Part shown: piece after piece, positions 1 through 13,669 of the stretch
How positions within the stretch are numbered: the stretch's first letter is position 1
Layout: each line of letters begins with the position of its first letter
Source: Cycas panzhihuaensis
Taxonomy: Eukaryota; Plantae; Cycadophyta
NCBI GenBank assembly: GCA_023213395.1
Contig: CM041465.1
Span: forward strand, 149,861,741-149,925,740
DNA length: 64,000 nucleotides
Direction of reading: 5' to 3'
Translations under genes and position numbers: made by a program
The notes under the pieces: model-generated
Database searches by the model: none
What the model was told of the DNA's origin: nothing
The model's input: the letters and a program-made list of their open reading frames with translations, nothing else

Positions 1-660
1 ACGACGTTGGAAAGCAGCCTAAGGAGACTGCAATGGGGGTCCCTGCAAATTGCCCAACGTACATGCACAGTGCCCAGTAAGCCTGGCCAAGTTGCAGGGC
101 AAGGTTGCGTCACGTTTAAGAAATGTGCAAAAGGTGGAATCCAGCTGTCGTTGATGAGACCTTGGACATTACCGTTCGTTCTTCTGCCATATTTTCCCTT
201 TTGTTTGAAAGCACGTGAAAATCATTTTTGTCTCCGAACAATCCCAGCCAGAATCAGACCAATTTCTCCGATTGTTCAGAGATTCTCCGCACTGGAGAAA
301 GGTAATCGAGGGTTAATCTCTACATTTTTTCCAGTGCAAAACAGAGGGTGGGCAGAGGCGGCAGGGACCAATTCAAAAGCAGATGTGGTCCTCTACGGAA
401 TATCGATATATTCCAAGTAGAAGCCAGCTTTCTGAGGTGGACCCCTTGATGTACAGTTAAAACATGCCAACGTGGCCGAAACCAGTCAAATGTTTCAAGC
501 AGTATCGGTTTGAAGGCGCACACAGAGTTGTCGTATATCGAAGGAAGGACTGATTTAAGAGTCTCCGTATATCGAAAATTCTACGAACGTTGTGACGAAG
601 TTAGGGATACGATCTTTGGTAATAAAAGTTTCGATTGACGAAACATCCTAATGAAGGAAT
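1..660. other. CpG-retaining, apparently low-copy sequence (possible gene-proximal or regulatory region)
   Basis: Many CG dinucleotides, unlike the CpG-depleted rest of the window. G-box CACGTG at 212-217. No TE similarity and no convincing ORF. Confidence 0.4.
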
Positions 661-1180
661 AAATATGGCGAAGATTAAATATTTCGAAATGAAGATCCCG
701 TAAGAATTTGAAATCTTTTATCTTTTTTTAAATAATAAAAATCAATTTGAAAGCTTCCTAAGTTGCTTATTGTGTACATCTGTTGGTAATTTATGTGTAC
801 ATAATAGGTTTTTATATATATGACATATATTGGTCCCAAGCGTAAACATATGCCATCTATGTGCAAATCGACCATGCATTTTTGCATTGTATTTTTTAAT
901 CTTTATTTTTACATTATTTGTGTTCAAAGATTGTTTATATATTATATAAAGATTATTATTACATTACATATACATTTGATGTAATTTATAACATGTAGTT
1001 TTTTTGTAAATATCTTTATTATTATATAAAGTTTACATTAAAAAAAAAAGTTGTGTGAGTATTACTTTTTGACATAAATAATATTTCATGTTTGACTCCC
1101 AAGAAGTTTATAAGAGTGAATGGAATGAAAGGGTGTCAAACTACAACAAATCAAGAATCAATTATCTTTTCAACACTTAA

Positions 1181-1183
<3 letters not shown>

Positions 1184-1212
<29 letters not shown>
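1184..1212. repeat. (TA)n microsatellite
   Basis: Direct reading. Confidence 0.95.
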
Positions 1213-1217
<5 letters not shown>

Positions 1218-1229
1218 AACTATGTATGA

Positions 1230-2700
1230 TGAAACACATGAGACTTAAAGAGGAATTCAAATGACAAACTTAACAATACAAGCCTAGGGCATGGGTGGCG
1301 AATGAGTAAGGTGAAAGTAAACCTAAGTCTAACTCAACATACTCATACACCTTTTGGGTGCAAGTTTGACATGTATTGCACTTCCACATAATGGGAAGAG
1401 AGACTAGACTACAGCAATACGTATTTTTCATGTGTACATATGAATGGTTTTAGATTTTCAGTAGCAAAGGTCTATGACATGCTACGAAGGGGACCATATA
1501 CTTATATGCATTTTCTATTCAATGAAAACAAGAAGTTACCCTATCAAAAAATCCAATATTGTTGCATGAGTTCAAGGACTCACAACTATGCAATCTCTTC
1601 TTTTACTTAGACTTTAAAAAAAGAAACTATGCAAGGTCTATTTCAAGGGGCGCTAATACAATGCACGTGCACAAAGAAGAGAAAAAAAATGAGGGAAAAT
1701 TTCTTTCTTTTCTTTTTGAGAGACTTTTTATGTTCTCTTTATATTTTTTGCTTTTATCTTTTATGAGGGAAAGGGAGCAAGAGAATAACCAAGTGCCTAA
1801 AGAAAGAGATCTACTTCCTTTTTCGTTAAATTTTATTTCTTTCTTCTTTTTGTTTTTTAAAAAAGGAAATGGGTTAAGAGTGTGAAAGAGAAGAATACCT
1901 AGAATGAGAAACATATTCTTTCAATCTCACTCTCTCGTAATGTGAGGCAATTGAGTTCTCTTTACAATATGGCTTACACAAAAAAGATGCAAATTTTAAC
2001 AAAAATATGGCATCATTTCTACTTGTTAAATTGGCTTATGACATAAAAAATTTTATATAAGTCTACTCAAAATGGAATAAACGTATGTAAAACCATTCAA
2101 ACCAACATACCTTGTGCAAATCTTCACTTTGGAAAAGTAGATTGGGTGAATGGCCTCAAGCTCTAACCAATGGAAGGATGGCAACTTGGTCTCCTCTTTC
2201 CTATAAGAAAATAAGAGACTATACTTGCAAACAACTACTAATACCCAAACAAAGTTATATGCATACTATATCTCTTATATATATCAGCTTAAAAAATCGA
2301 TAAGGCAATGCACAATCCAATATTAAAAAGGAACACAGAAGAGAACCTCAAATTACCTCACATCCCCCAAACATGGTGGACTCCTTAAGTTGTATTTAGG
2401 TGCCACCTCACCCTTGCAACAACCTCTTGGACCAATGCAATGACGAATGATAAAGGGAGAAGGATAGGATGTCTAGAGAGAGATATTATTAAACAATAAA
2501 CACCCCATCAAGTACCAAAAAAATATATCATGCAAAATGATAAAACAACTAAGAAACAAACTTACCAAAGTAAAAGAGAAAGGATTATCTTGTCCCAAAA
2601 GAATGTAGATGACCAATGACTACTAATGCACCTCTCAAAGGATCTTCAATATTGTTTGGAAGGATGTCTCCAAATATACAATAAGCAAATGATGGAGTAC
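1230..2700 (-). repeat. 3' LTR of element A (its 5' part and the PPT are deleted)
   Basis: Collinear with 7546-8910; homology stops abruptly at about 2700. Confidence 0.8.
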
Positions 2701-3962
2701 GGTCTTTTCATGGTTTATGCTACATTGAAACATTGATGTGTTAAAGATTTGTATTGATATTTTTATCTATTGATTATTTGATATATGTTCTGCCTTATTC
2801 TCCTGCAATTCTATTTCCTATAGTCTCAATTAGACTACACACACCTACTTGAGTCCTTATGGTGATTGGTTAATTCTTGCTACTTTCCTCTATTCAGTGA
2901 TTCCACCCTAAGTCACCCTTGTATATATCCCCATGACATTGATCATCCACACTAACGAGGGTAGTCATTGATCATCCACCAAGGTTGTGAAAGAAAGCCA
3001 CAAGTTGAGAAGGGAGATAATATATGAATATGAAAACATGTGAGTCATGCTGGTGTAGGGGAGTCAAGGGTACCTAAAGCCCAATCAATGGTCAAAGTGA
3101 TGAGAAAATACGACCTATGGGCCAATGGCATAGTCATGAGAAGTTTGTGATAGAAAAGGATAGAGCTAGAGGTGTGATCATATGTATAAATGACAATTTT
3201 ATAAAAGCAATAAAGAACATGGAACATGATAATAAATTAGAGGGTTAAGCAATATTCGACGTATGAGAGGCTAACATGGGTGTGTAATATGAAATCAATG
3301 TAGTGAGATAGTCTTGTAGACTATAAATATTGATATATGAGAAGATAGGTTGCCTGAAGTAAAAAAGGGCTCTAAGTGAATGAAGTTATCAATGATGTGC
3401 AATAATGATAATAAGGGCCAAAACTTGGGCCAAAAATACAAAGGACGAGTGGTAGGGATAACCATAACAAGGATGTATGAATGAGGTTAGCAGAATCAAG
3501 GTCCTAACAGATTAAATAAGAAGCAAAATAGGTGATGTATGGTTGAGTTATAACCATCTATGTAATCAGGTTTTCTTATTCATTTTTTATTTTATTTCTA
3601 TATCAAGTTATTAAGAAATTTGTTAAGGAAACTTACCTTATTTTAACCCTAAATCTTTTTGTGATCATTACAAACAAATTGACCATTGGATTTATGAATA
3701 GATGGAGACATTAGATCTATATTTCAATGATGACTCATGCATCCAAACCCAGTGAGTGGATTATTCCAGTTTACTTTATTTTTTTGGTTTTTTGCATTTT
3801 AAATTTTTAGCTAGGGTTGTGCCCTATTTTGGTTAAATTCATCTAAACAAAGGTCAAATCATCCCTCGTTTATAGCCAAATCAGGGTAATTTAATACCTT
3901 GATCTCTTTGGGTAAATTATTTTTACCTAAAATTATTTGATTTTTTATTTTTTTATTTTTTT

Positions 3963-4080
3963 ATGGACTACAAGTTTTTTTGGTACCTCAAAGTTTTTTA
4001 CGAAAAACTAGAGGTACTGTAGCTAATTAAGTGGTACCACAAATATATTTATAATACCACAAAAATATCTATGGTACAAA
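3963..4080. promoter_or_regulatory. 20-bp-phased array of palindromic RYRGTACYRY motifs upstream of the PMD ORF
   Basis: GAGGTACTGT 4011, GTGGTACCAC 4031, ATAATACCAC 4051, ATGGTACAAA 4071, plus TGGTACC at 3981. Function is inferred. Confidence 0.6.
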
Positions 4081-4220
4081 ACAAGAATCACAAAGTTAAA
4101 TTATTTCTTCATAAATGCCTCATGAATTAACTCTTTCAAATCATTTTCAAGCATGAGAACAACCCAAGTGTGTGATAGATTATTGGATCTGATATTTTGC
4201 ATGGTTTGCAAGTCATTTCC

Positions 4221-5780
4221 ATGATTGATAATTGCAAAAATATTGGTATACTAATGTTGGGTCTCGTCAAGATAATAATAAGCCAGGATTGTGAGATTCT
4301 AAGATGATGTGGACTACTATGGGTGGTCACAACATGATAGTATATATCTAATCAAGCCCTCTTAGTATATATAGTATCCCATTGGGACAAACAATAATAA
4401 GTTTTTCACCTATCATGTATGGAAGATGTCACTATCATAATTGGTGATATGAGGAGACTCTTAGGGTTACCAGAGAGAAGAGTGCCCCTTGAGTTGGATA
4501 CACTGCCAAGCACCGAGAATGCCCATAGAGCAACAACATCCTACTTCTATGGCAGAGGATAATAGGATTGTAGGAGAGGTAGTATGACGAAGATCATGGG
4601 TGCTACCATTCTTTAATCAAGGAAATTAATCATTTTTGTTATTCTTTTCTAGTTATCCCAGTGATAGAACTATAGAGAGGTCCTAGGGGGATGGATGGAT
4701 GTGGTGTAATGATGCGAGGGTGGTGAGTGGCTAGATTGGACAACCCTTTTAGTGGCCAACATTAGAGCACAACTTGATTAGATCTGAGTGGTAGGTCAAA
4801 GAGGATTTTCATACTGCACAGTACTACATTGTTGGTTCTTTGACCATTTCTATGGACTAGAGTCTATGATTGGGCCACAACTAGTGGCATATGGAGACCC
4901 TCTTATTCACAAGTGGATTTTTGATTTAGGAGCCTAGGAGAGCCACAAAATGTCTATCATACCATGAATATTATATATTTAGACTTATATATGTTAGATG
5001 ACTAGGTAAGACATCTATATAGGGGTGTCCACTGGGATAGTGACAAGGAGGCAGATGGGGCCACAATAGAGTAGGTGACAGTGGTTAGAGAGGCCATTGG
5101 AAAGGATGAGGAAGCTATTAGAATTAAGGAGGAGGAAGAGGCTGTCATGGGAGAGGAGGCACATGGTGCCATTGGAGAGAGAGAGGGAGCTAGCCACGTA
5201 GCCATGGGAGCATAAGGAGAGGCACCTCAGAGAGGTCTTGCCATTTGTTACTTGCATATTACTCCTTCTTTTTTGTTGGTTTATATTGCAGTGAAATTTG
5301 CATTATACATATGATCATAGTTAATAGGTGGATATGTTTCCTTGGAAGGTGAAGGCCTTACACCAAATTTTATTCATCATGTAATTGACAAAATCATTAC
5401 CATAGTGTATATAGATGGACAACCTTCTATTATAGATGATGGAGAGCTAGCCTCGACATATCCTCATATGTCAATATTTGCCCTTTTAGTGAGGGCTATA
5501 GAGATGTGGGTACTTGAGTGACATGAGCTCTAATGGAGGATCAAGGAGCTAAAGAGCCAAGGAGAAGGAGTAGTACACCTAGTTGCTATAGAAGCAAAGA
5601 TTGTTGAGTTCAGAGGGAGACCCCACCATGAGAAGGACCACCTCTAGGCCTGATGCGATTGCCTTATGGATTAGATGGTGAACAGGTCATCATGCAACCA
5701 TAGTAGGACATCCATGACTTCCACATATTAGTGGATTAGAGATAAGGAGAGTGAGCCAAGGCCATCATAGTGCCTAAGAC
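4221..5780 (+). pseudogene. Degenerate plant mobile domain (PMD, aminotransferase-like) gene, antisense within element A
   Basis: Translates as LR*CGLLWVV..NQALLVYIVSHWDKQ**VFHL..DVTIIIGDMRRLLGLP, resembling the PMD motif W.PETHTFHLP.GEMTITL.DV..ILGLP. Collinear with 51748-54080. Putative intron 5235-5327. Confidence 0.7.
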
Positions 5781-6006
5781 ATAGCTTGGGGGGCAATACT
5801 TGGACATTTAAGAGGAAGATTTCTCATTGAGGGGATGACATACCATGAGGTGATGATGTAGATTGGGATTTTGTAGTAGAGGTAAGCTTGACCTCCAAGG
5901 GTATGTGGTCGTATACTATGTAGCCCAATTAGGTAGTTGTACACCCATATAAGGATTCTAGCTCCCTTGTGGAATATTATACATGAGCCCACATATTGTA
6001 CTTCTT

Positions 6007-6045
<39 letters not shown>

Positions 6046-6056
6046 ATATGTATATG
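6007..6056. repeat. (TG)n/(TATG)n microsatellite just 3' of the PMD gene
   Basis: Direct reading; same position as the tract starting at 54313 in element H. Confidence 0.9.
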
Positions 6057-7525
6057 GAAGCTGATTTAGGCTTCCACATTCTTTTCATTTTGGTGTATGT
6101 TCATGTGGATGTGCGTAGCGCATTATATCACTTTCATATATAGATGTATGGTTTATTTCTATGTACTATTGAGTTGATATCACTCTTATATATGACATCA
6201 TAGCTCACATAGTCAACACCATGAAACACAACCACAACTTAATTATTCATTTATATGGCATGACACCATGCATTGTATTACTAATTTATACTCATGGGAG
6301 AGTCCCATGCCCCCATGAGAAATTCCCATGGGAGAAAGAGGAGAGGTCTATCATAGAGAGTAAAGTGTTGTCATGGTTCTAAAGGAGAGCCACACCCTAT
6401 AGGTATGTAATGGCAAAAAGTAAACATAGATGTATATATTTTTTGGGTAATGTTTAGGGTTATAAGGTGACATAAGGTGTTGGGTGTAAAAGAGGGTTTT
6501 GCCAAAAAGGACCCCCAGTAGGAGGAGTGCCCGAATAAGGATGGAGGGGGTCCACCCCATAAGTGGGGAGGGGATGAGAGCACCCATGGCCCCACTACTA
6601 GGATGTGTATCCCGATGGGATGTAAAGTGAGGAATTCGCATGATGTAGACATGGGCGAGTAAGTAATCCTCCTCCATATCTTATATATTAGGGATGAGGA
6701 GGGATGGATGGAACAACAAACATAACTAAGACCATGCACAGTTAGGGGATAGTAGCTTGTAATAAAGGGCCACTAACTATAGCTTGGGAATGAGCTTGGG
6801 TTGGCATGGGCCCTCCCTTAAGAGAAACACTTGTAGTAGCAAATAAAGTGGCTATATCTTGGGGAGGGGTTACATCATTTTGAGTGGAAATAGGGGGAGG
6901 AATTAGGATGGAGTTTGAGGATGTACTAAAGGGAAATCAATGGGCTCACCCATGGGTAGTTTCTCCTAATGCTACCCCAAAATGGGCTCACAAGGCTTCT
7001 ATAGTATCCCAAGCAGGGGTATACATTTGGTCAGAAGGGGGGGCATACCCCCCTTGCTATCTTAAGTATGTGGTCAAAGGAAAAGTAGCCTATCTAGGAT
7101 CCCAAACAAGGTCATGAGGGGGGTTCCCTTGATTATGTAGGTGTGGGGCTCAATTGGGTTCTGATAGAACTCATTGGCTTCATGCAAATAGTACATTATA
7201 TCATTGCCTATATGGGCAAGATCTTCATGTGGGTAGGGTGTTTCAGATGAAGCCTAGTCTTGGGCATATGGGTCATATGCCCAATCAGTGTGATGGCTTA
7301 CTATAAGTGACTCTTGCTCACTTGATGAGATGGAGGCATATGTGAGATCAATATCTAAAGGCAAAAGACCTCATATATAATGAGAGAAACATTGCATTCG
7401 AAGGCCAACTAACTAGCTTTAATAAGGGAGAGATCTTGCATAATAAAAGTTAAATGCCCTACCTAAATAAGAATGAAGCAAAAAGAGGGGAGTGCTAGGT
7501 GTACTAGGTGGCTCTCTATTAGTGA

Positions 7526-7544
7526 GTCTTTAGTATGGTCACTA
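7526..7544 (-). other. Decayed primer-binding site (tRNA-Arg type) of element A
   Basis: - strand reads TAGTGACCATACTAAAGAC next to the LTR end; matches 61719-61737 and the Tat/Ogre-type TGGCGACTCC.CTGGGGAC, mostly by transitions. Confidence 0.7.
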
Positions 7545-7545
7545 G

Positions 7546-9726
7546 TGAAACATATAAGAGTTAGGGGAAACCCAAATGATAAATATAACAACATATGCCT
7601 AGGGCATGGGTGGTGAATGAGCAAAGTGAAAGTGAACCTAAGCATAACTTAAGGTGCACGTTCACCTCTTAGATGTGGGTGTGAGGTGTATTATGCTTCT
7701 AAATGGCAGAGAAGGAGACTAAACTGGGGCGACGTATTTTTTATGTGTGCATATAAATAGATTTAGATTTTTGGTAGCAAGGGCATATGGCATGCTACAA
7801 AGGGGAGCACATACTTATATGCATCTATATGCCTTTTCCATTCAATAAAAGCAAGAAATTACCTTATCTAGAAATATAATATTGACCCACAGGTTTAGTG
7901 ACTTGCAACTATGTGATCTATTTCTTTGCTCGGTCTTAAGAAAAAGAAACTATGTAAGGTATATTCCAAGGGGTACTAATGTGATGCATGTGTATAAAGA
8001 AGAGAAGAAAAGGCTGAGGGAGGGGGGAAGAAGAGGGGAAGAACTTATTTTTCTTAGTGGGGGGGAGGGGGGGGGTGACACGATTTTTCATGTTCTCCTT
8101 ATTTTTTACCTTTATCTTTTATGAGGAAAAGAGGGCACTCTCTTCCAATGTGAGATGGTTGAGTTCTCTTTATGATATAGCTCAAATAGAAAAAGATGTA
8201 AGCTCTAACAAAAATTTGACAACATTCTGCTTGCCAGATTGACTTATGACATTAAAAGGTTTTATATAAGTTTACTCAAAATAGAAGAAATGTATGCAAA
8301 ACCATTCAAACTAATATACTTCATGAGAATCTTCACTTTGGAAAAGTAGATTAGGTATATGGCCTTAAGCTCTAACTGATGAAAGGATGGTAACTTGGTC
8401 TCCTCTTACTTGCAAGAAAATAAGAGACTATAGCCGCAAGTGACCACTAATATCTAAGCAAAGTCATATACATACTATATCTCTTATATATATCAGCATT
8501 AAAAATCAATAAGGGAATGTGCAATACTATCTTAAAAATGAAGAGAGAAGGGACCCTCAGATTGACTCATGTCCCCCAAATATGGTGGACTTCCCAAGTT
8601 GTACTTCAATGCCACCTCCCTCTTGTAACAAGTTCTTGGACCAATAAAACAGTGGGTGACAAAGGGAGAAGGAGAGGATGTCTAGAGAGAGATCCTATCA
8701 AACAATAAATACCCTATCAAGTAGTAAGAAATATATCATAAAAAATAATGAAACAACTAAGAAATAAGCTTGCCAAAGTAAAAAAGAAAGGATTACCTTG
8801 TCTCAAAGGAATAGAGATGGCTAATGTCTAGTAATGATCCTCTCAAAGGGTCTCCAATGCTATTTGGAAGGATATCTCCAAAGATATAATAAGCAAATGA
8901 TGGAGTATGAACCAAGATCATGGTATTTCAACAATATAATGACATGGTGTATGACTAAACTTGATCTCCTCCTTTCTAATAAAAAAATAGAGAGGTTTAT
9001 AGATGAAGTTCAGGGTAAGGTGAGTGGTTTTCAACTCATAATGTGGGAGAAAACCATGGGATAAATCCATGAGTTTTGTTCATGGATTTAGTCTAAAACT
9101 ACATAGAAATCTCTAAATTTGGGTGGGATTAGCCTCTTGGGCCATCCAAACTTGACAAACATAATCTTGGAACCAATGCAAACTACCCAGGTCTATCAGA
9201 GATGCATTTATGACCTGACTATCACTAATAGACTCGAATCTAGGTAGGTAATAGCCATACCATAAAGATATTCATGGTACCATGAAATACTTCACAGTAT
9301 CACTATTTTAAACAAAACAAGTAGTCGTTTGGTAATAAATTAATTTTTTAATAAATAAATTATAAAATAAGGCCAAAAATTCATGTGTATAGAGACTTGG
9401 ATGTAAATACAGTCAAGACCAAGTAATAAGTAGTGAAAAATAATAGACTCCATGGATCAAAATGAGAAAAAAGAGATATTGCAAAGGGGATAAGCACTTG
9501 TTCTTAATCAAGGAGCTCGATGGGTAGACTAATAGCCATCGATCAAAGTCATACTCGTCATCATATAAAACATACATAGGCAATCAAACAAAACGAGAAG
9601 TGGGGACACACATCCACTATCTAAGATCACGATATAATAAATCAATGGGGTGTAGAGAGTAGTGAAACATACTTATACTCACATGTATATTGAAGTGTCC
9701 ATGTCATTCTTAGGAGCTAGGAAACA
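7546..9726 (-). repeat. 5' LTR of element A (about 2.2 kb)
   Basis: TG...CA termini, adjacent PBS, TSD. Confidence 0.8.
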
Positions 9727-11865
9727 TATGGTAATAAGAAGTTAAAAACATAAACAAAAAATAATCTTATAAATAACTTAAATTAGATTATTCTTAAAAT
9801 TTCTATATTTTTTTTTTTTAATAAAAAATATTTATTGTATAAGTATTATTATTATTTGATTAATGCCTACATTTAATTATATTTATTATATCTATAAGAA
9901 ATATATTTATATAAATATGATCAATTAGTGTTAATATTTTTATTATATTAATGTTTATGATTTTGCAACCGGTATGCTTGATATTTTTTTTAATAACTAA
10001 AATCTTCATAAAGTGGGATTCACTCTTTGGTATAAGATGCCATGAGAGAGGGGAATCTATTCTATCAAAATTACCTAAGACTTGCAGTTGGCCTTACTCT
10101 CTTCAAAGACAATAAGAATAGGTTAATTTAAACCCCCTGAATAACTTAAACCTAACATGATTCACAAGAAAAATCAAGAAAGCTACTAATGTGTTTTCTT
10201 ATGCATAATAATCTACAATCACCAAACTTCTAGCCCCACCATCTAGTGTGAGTGAAAGCACATTATACTAGCACCACTAATAATGCCATGAAATGCCACA
10301 TTCATTAGATATGGGATGCTAAGCAACCATCACCATAAAGGTCTCAAATAACTAATAATAAATCATAGGCCACATATAAGCATTTCACATTAAATGTAAA
10401 GTATCTAGAAGAACTTGATCGTAACCAAATCTAAACTCCAATGTCTTGGTGATCTAAAGGAGCTAATCCACATAAGTATATTATCGATTTACCATAGCTA
10501 TCGCATAGTCTATACTCTATGCCAACTATAATTTAGGGCATTAATTTAATCCTATATTCCCTTATCAATAAACCTAAGGAAATCAAGACCTTCATTTTAT
10601 ATAGTGAGAGAGATTACTGCTTAATAATTTGTGCTACTCTCCCCACCCCCCCTTCCCCCACCCTACAAAACCAACACAACATTGTCCTATAGGTATGTTG
10701 AATGTTGCCAATCAGATGTGGCATATAAATGCCTATCACACTGAGTAAAATAAACATATCCTCATCACAAAGATGAGTAATGATCACATTGAGTAGCATG
10801 ATACAAGTTAATAAAGATTACAATCCACCTTCACATTAAGTTATTGATGAACTACCATAATCATAGTAGTAATAGAGATGTTGATCTAAAGTGGTTATAG
10901 CTCATAAGTCTACTAATCTGGCATGACTTGATGTAATCACTAATCAACCCACAACTGCATTAATCATATATTAACCATCATTAATATTGATCCACAACAT
11001 ATCATTAATATTAATTAGGTACCAACCCTTTATAATGTCAATCTTCAAGTGATGAGGTTACTGATCTGGCAAGCCATCATTTTACCACATAAAGAATCTA
11101 CCAAGTCATCACACAAGAATAACGTGATCGATCTATTATAACATACCAATGCTAATACGCAAAGGAAGTTAGATAACACTAACCCACCAAATAATAAAAT
11201 ATTTAACTAAACAAAACTAAATTCCAAGCTATATCATATGCCAATACACCAAATAAAAGGCATATATATATCATGTTCTAAGGGCTTTATCACCCTTAAG
11301 TTGGAAACTAACCTAAGGATCAACCAAAGACCAAAATTGCCATCAAAACTCCACACCACCAATGTTGATATGGATAAAACGACCTCTTACCCATCCATCA
11401 AAGATAGATCAGATCAAGGAACTAGCATAGAAGGACCATCCTAATGCACATATTGAATACAACCATAACCATGATTTCACAGTCGTTAATATAAATTAAA
11501 TAACCATTGGCCTTAACACTTCAAATTCAAAGGAATCACGTGAGATGGTGGCTTCTAAAAGAAGTTTATACATGGCATTAATCTTCAAGAACTATCCCAT
11601 GCAACTAGCCACTTAAACTTTGAGGTAATACATTCACTGAAATCACTAGACCATTGGATGTTGAACCATATCAATCGAGAAAGCATGAATATAAAATACT
11701 ATCAATAATAATGATTCAAGCATACGTGTTACACTTACCAATATAATATAAAGCATAAATAGGTTATAAACTTAAAAGAGATAAAGTAAGCATAAGACCT
11801 TAGTGAGAGCATCCATGCATCTATCAACAAGAGATAAAGACTTACTTTTGTTGGTAGTTAAAAAG

Positions 11866-12384
11866 TGTCATGAATTGATATACCCCTCTTAAATAAATGA
11901 GGAACTCATTTTCATTAAGGGATGCTACATAACTCAACCACCAATTTTCACCATAAGAGCATCATACCTAATACTTAACACACTATTTCCTCACTAATAT
12001 TGGATAAGGCTAAATGCATAGGGTTATTAAATTATTATATTTCTCCTTTGATATGTACCAGTGAGTCATAGTATGCATACTTCTTTATGTAATAGGTGAT
12101 TGGTTAACTAAGTGGCTATTAGATTGGGATTAAATAGTTTTATGGTGATGCATAATTATGTATTTCTTTATTATAATACAATTTAGAAGTGGTTATTTCC
12201 CACAAGTATATTATGTTATATGTTTGTATATATTTGTTTCTTTGCTGTTCACCTATTTGACTTAATATCCCATAGTGTTGATCTTTGGAATCTATGTTTC
12301 TCTTCATTTGTTATTAGAGCTCTTATATAATCCCAGGCCTATCATATATTTCTAACAATAATATTAAAACTTTATATTAGAGCT
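11866..12384 (+). mobile_element. Possible decayed LTR followed by a mutated tRNA-iMet PBS
   Basis: Ends ...TCTAACA, then TAATATTAAAAC (TGGTATCAGAGC with transitions only) and TATATTAGAGC. No partner LTR found; start uncertain. Confidence 0.3.
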
Positions 12385-13669
12385 ATGGTTTAACCTGAGT
12401 TAGGTTGTAAGACTATGAGTGTGTCATCTTCTCAATGTGTTAATTTATAACTTATTTTAGGTGCACATGTTTATGGCTATGAAGGATGATAATATACTTG
12501 TCAGTAAAGATATCTTGTAGGTTTTGAAAGCTTTTGAACTATAGTTTTATAGGGTACTTAGAGCATGTTGGTGTCATGAACTCAAAGTATGTTAGTACTT
12601 AAGCATTAAAAATCCTACTGGGAGTGTATGTGTTAATGGTTATTTTGAATCCCATAGAGGTTTGTCATTATTTTATTCATTTCTTGAGCTATTATATGCA
12701 TGTTTTTCTAGTATATATATAGGTGTTGCATGTGAGTCTAAGAATGTAACTTTTAGAGTAGGCTTGATCACCCTGTTGAAGCCAATATTGTGGTAGGTAA
12801 GCCATTATTTTACCCTTTATCATGATGGATCCATGGTTGATGAGGATTTTGCAATATGGGTTGGAGTAGTAGATGGTATATTAGCTCATGTTTGAGGCAC
12901 ACTAGCATGTTAAGGGCTTGATGCGAAGCCTACTAATAAAAAAGAACCTACATTTTATGAAAAATAATCGACTAACTATTTGTGCAATGAAGATTAAGTT
13001 TATTAGGGTTTTGGTAAAGCATGCTACTCTACCAATAAAAGGGTTTAAAGGTTTTATTTGTAGGTTGGTGTGTTGGAGCCTTAATAATATGCTATCATGG
13101 ATGGTACATATGGTAGTTACCATAATTATTTGATAGAACCTACTTAAGCACCATTATTTCTACATGATTAACTAACATTCTAATGATGAAAAGTTGTATT
13201 ACTAATTGTTATTAATGAAAATTCCTCCATTTCTAATCCAGAGTAGAAGAGGATGTTTTGCAATGGCGTTGATATGATATCACCTAATAAAACCCATCTA
13301 TTTGCTTATATGAGATAATTTTGGCTTGAAGACACTAAAATATACATGCACATGTGGTTTATTCATTGTTGATTATCTTATGTAACTATTATACATCCAT
13401 TGTACATTGATATAGGTATTTAGAGGCCTATTCTATGATTTATATCTATGTTGGGTACTATTTGATAGTAAGGGGCACATTTTCTAAGGTTTGACTGCTT
13501 GTTGGGTATTCTTGATCATGTTGGGCACCTCCCAAATCATAAATAATGGTGTTGGATATGTTATGAAGGTTGGTAGTGTATTATCAACGATTAGATACAT
13601 TTTAGACTCTTACAAATTAAAAAATAAGTACTTGCACTTACATGTACATACTTCATGCCTTATGATTAT

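Larger units (their letters stand above)
1230..9726 (-). mobile_element. Element A: internally deleted (pol-less) Tat-like Ty3/Gypsy LTR retrotransposon carrying an antisense PMD gene
   Basis: 1230-2700 and 7546-8910 are diverged direct repeats, both starting TGAAACA. Decayed tRNA-Arg-type PBS on the - strand at 7526-7544. LTR 5' end TGTTTCCTAGCT at 9726 matches the termini at 49544 and 58483. TSD TATGA/TATGG. Confidence 0.8.

Noticed and set aside
7-420. 137-aa ORF
   Set aside because: Non-ATG start and no recognisable domain; the other frames on both strands are also unconvincing
3963-4080. CRISPR-like reading of the periodic palindromes
   Set aside because: 10-bp motifs with 10-bp spacers, eukaryotic TE context, no cas genes
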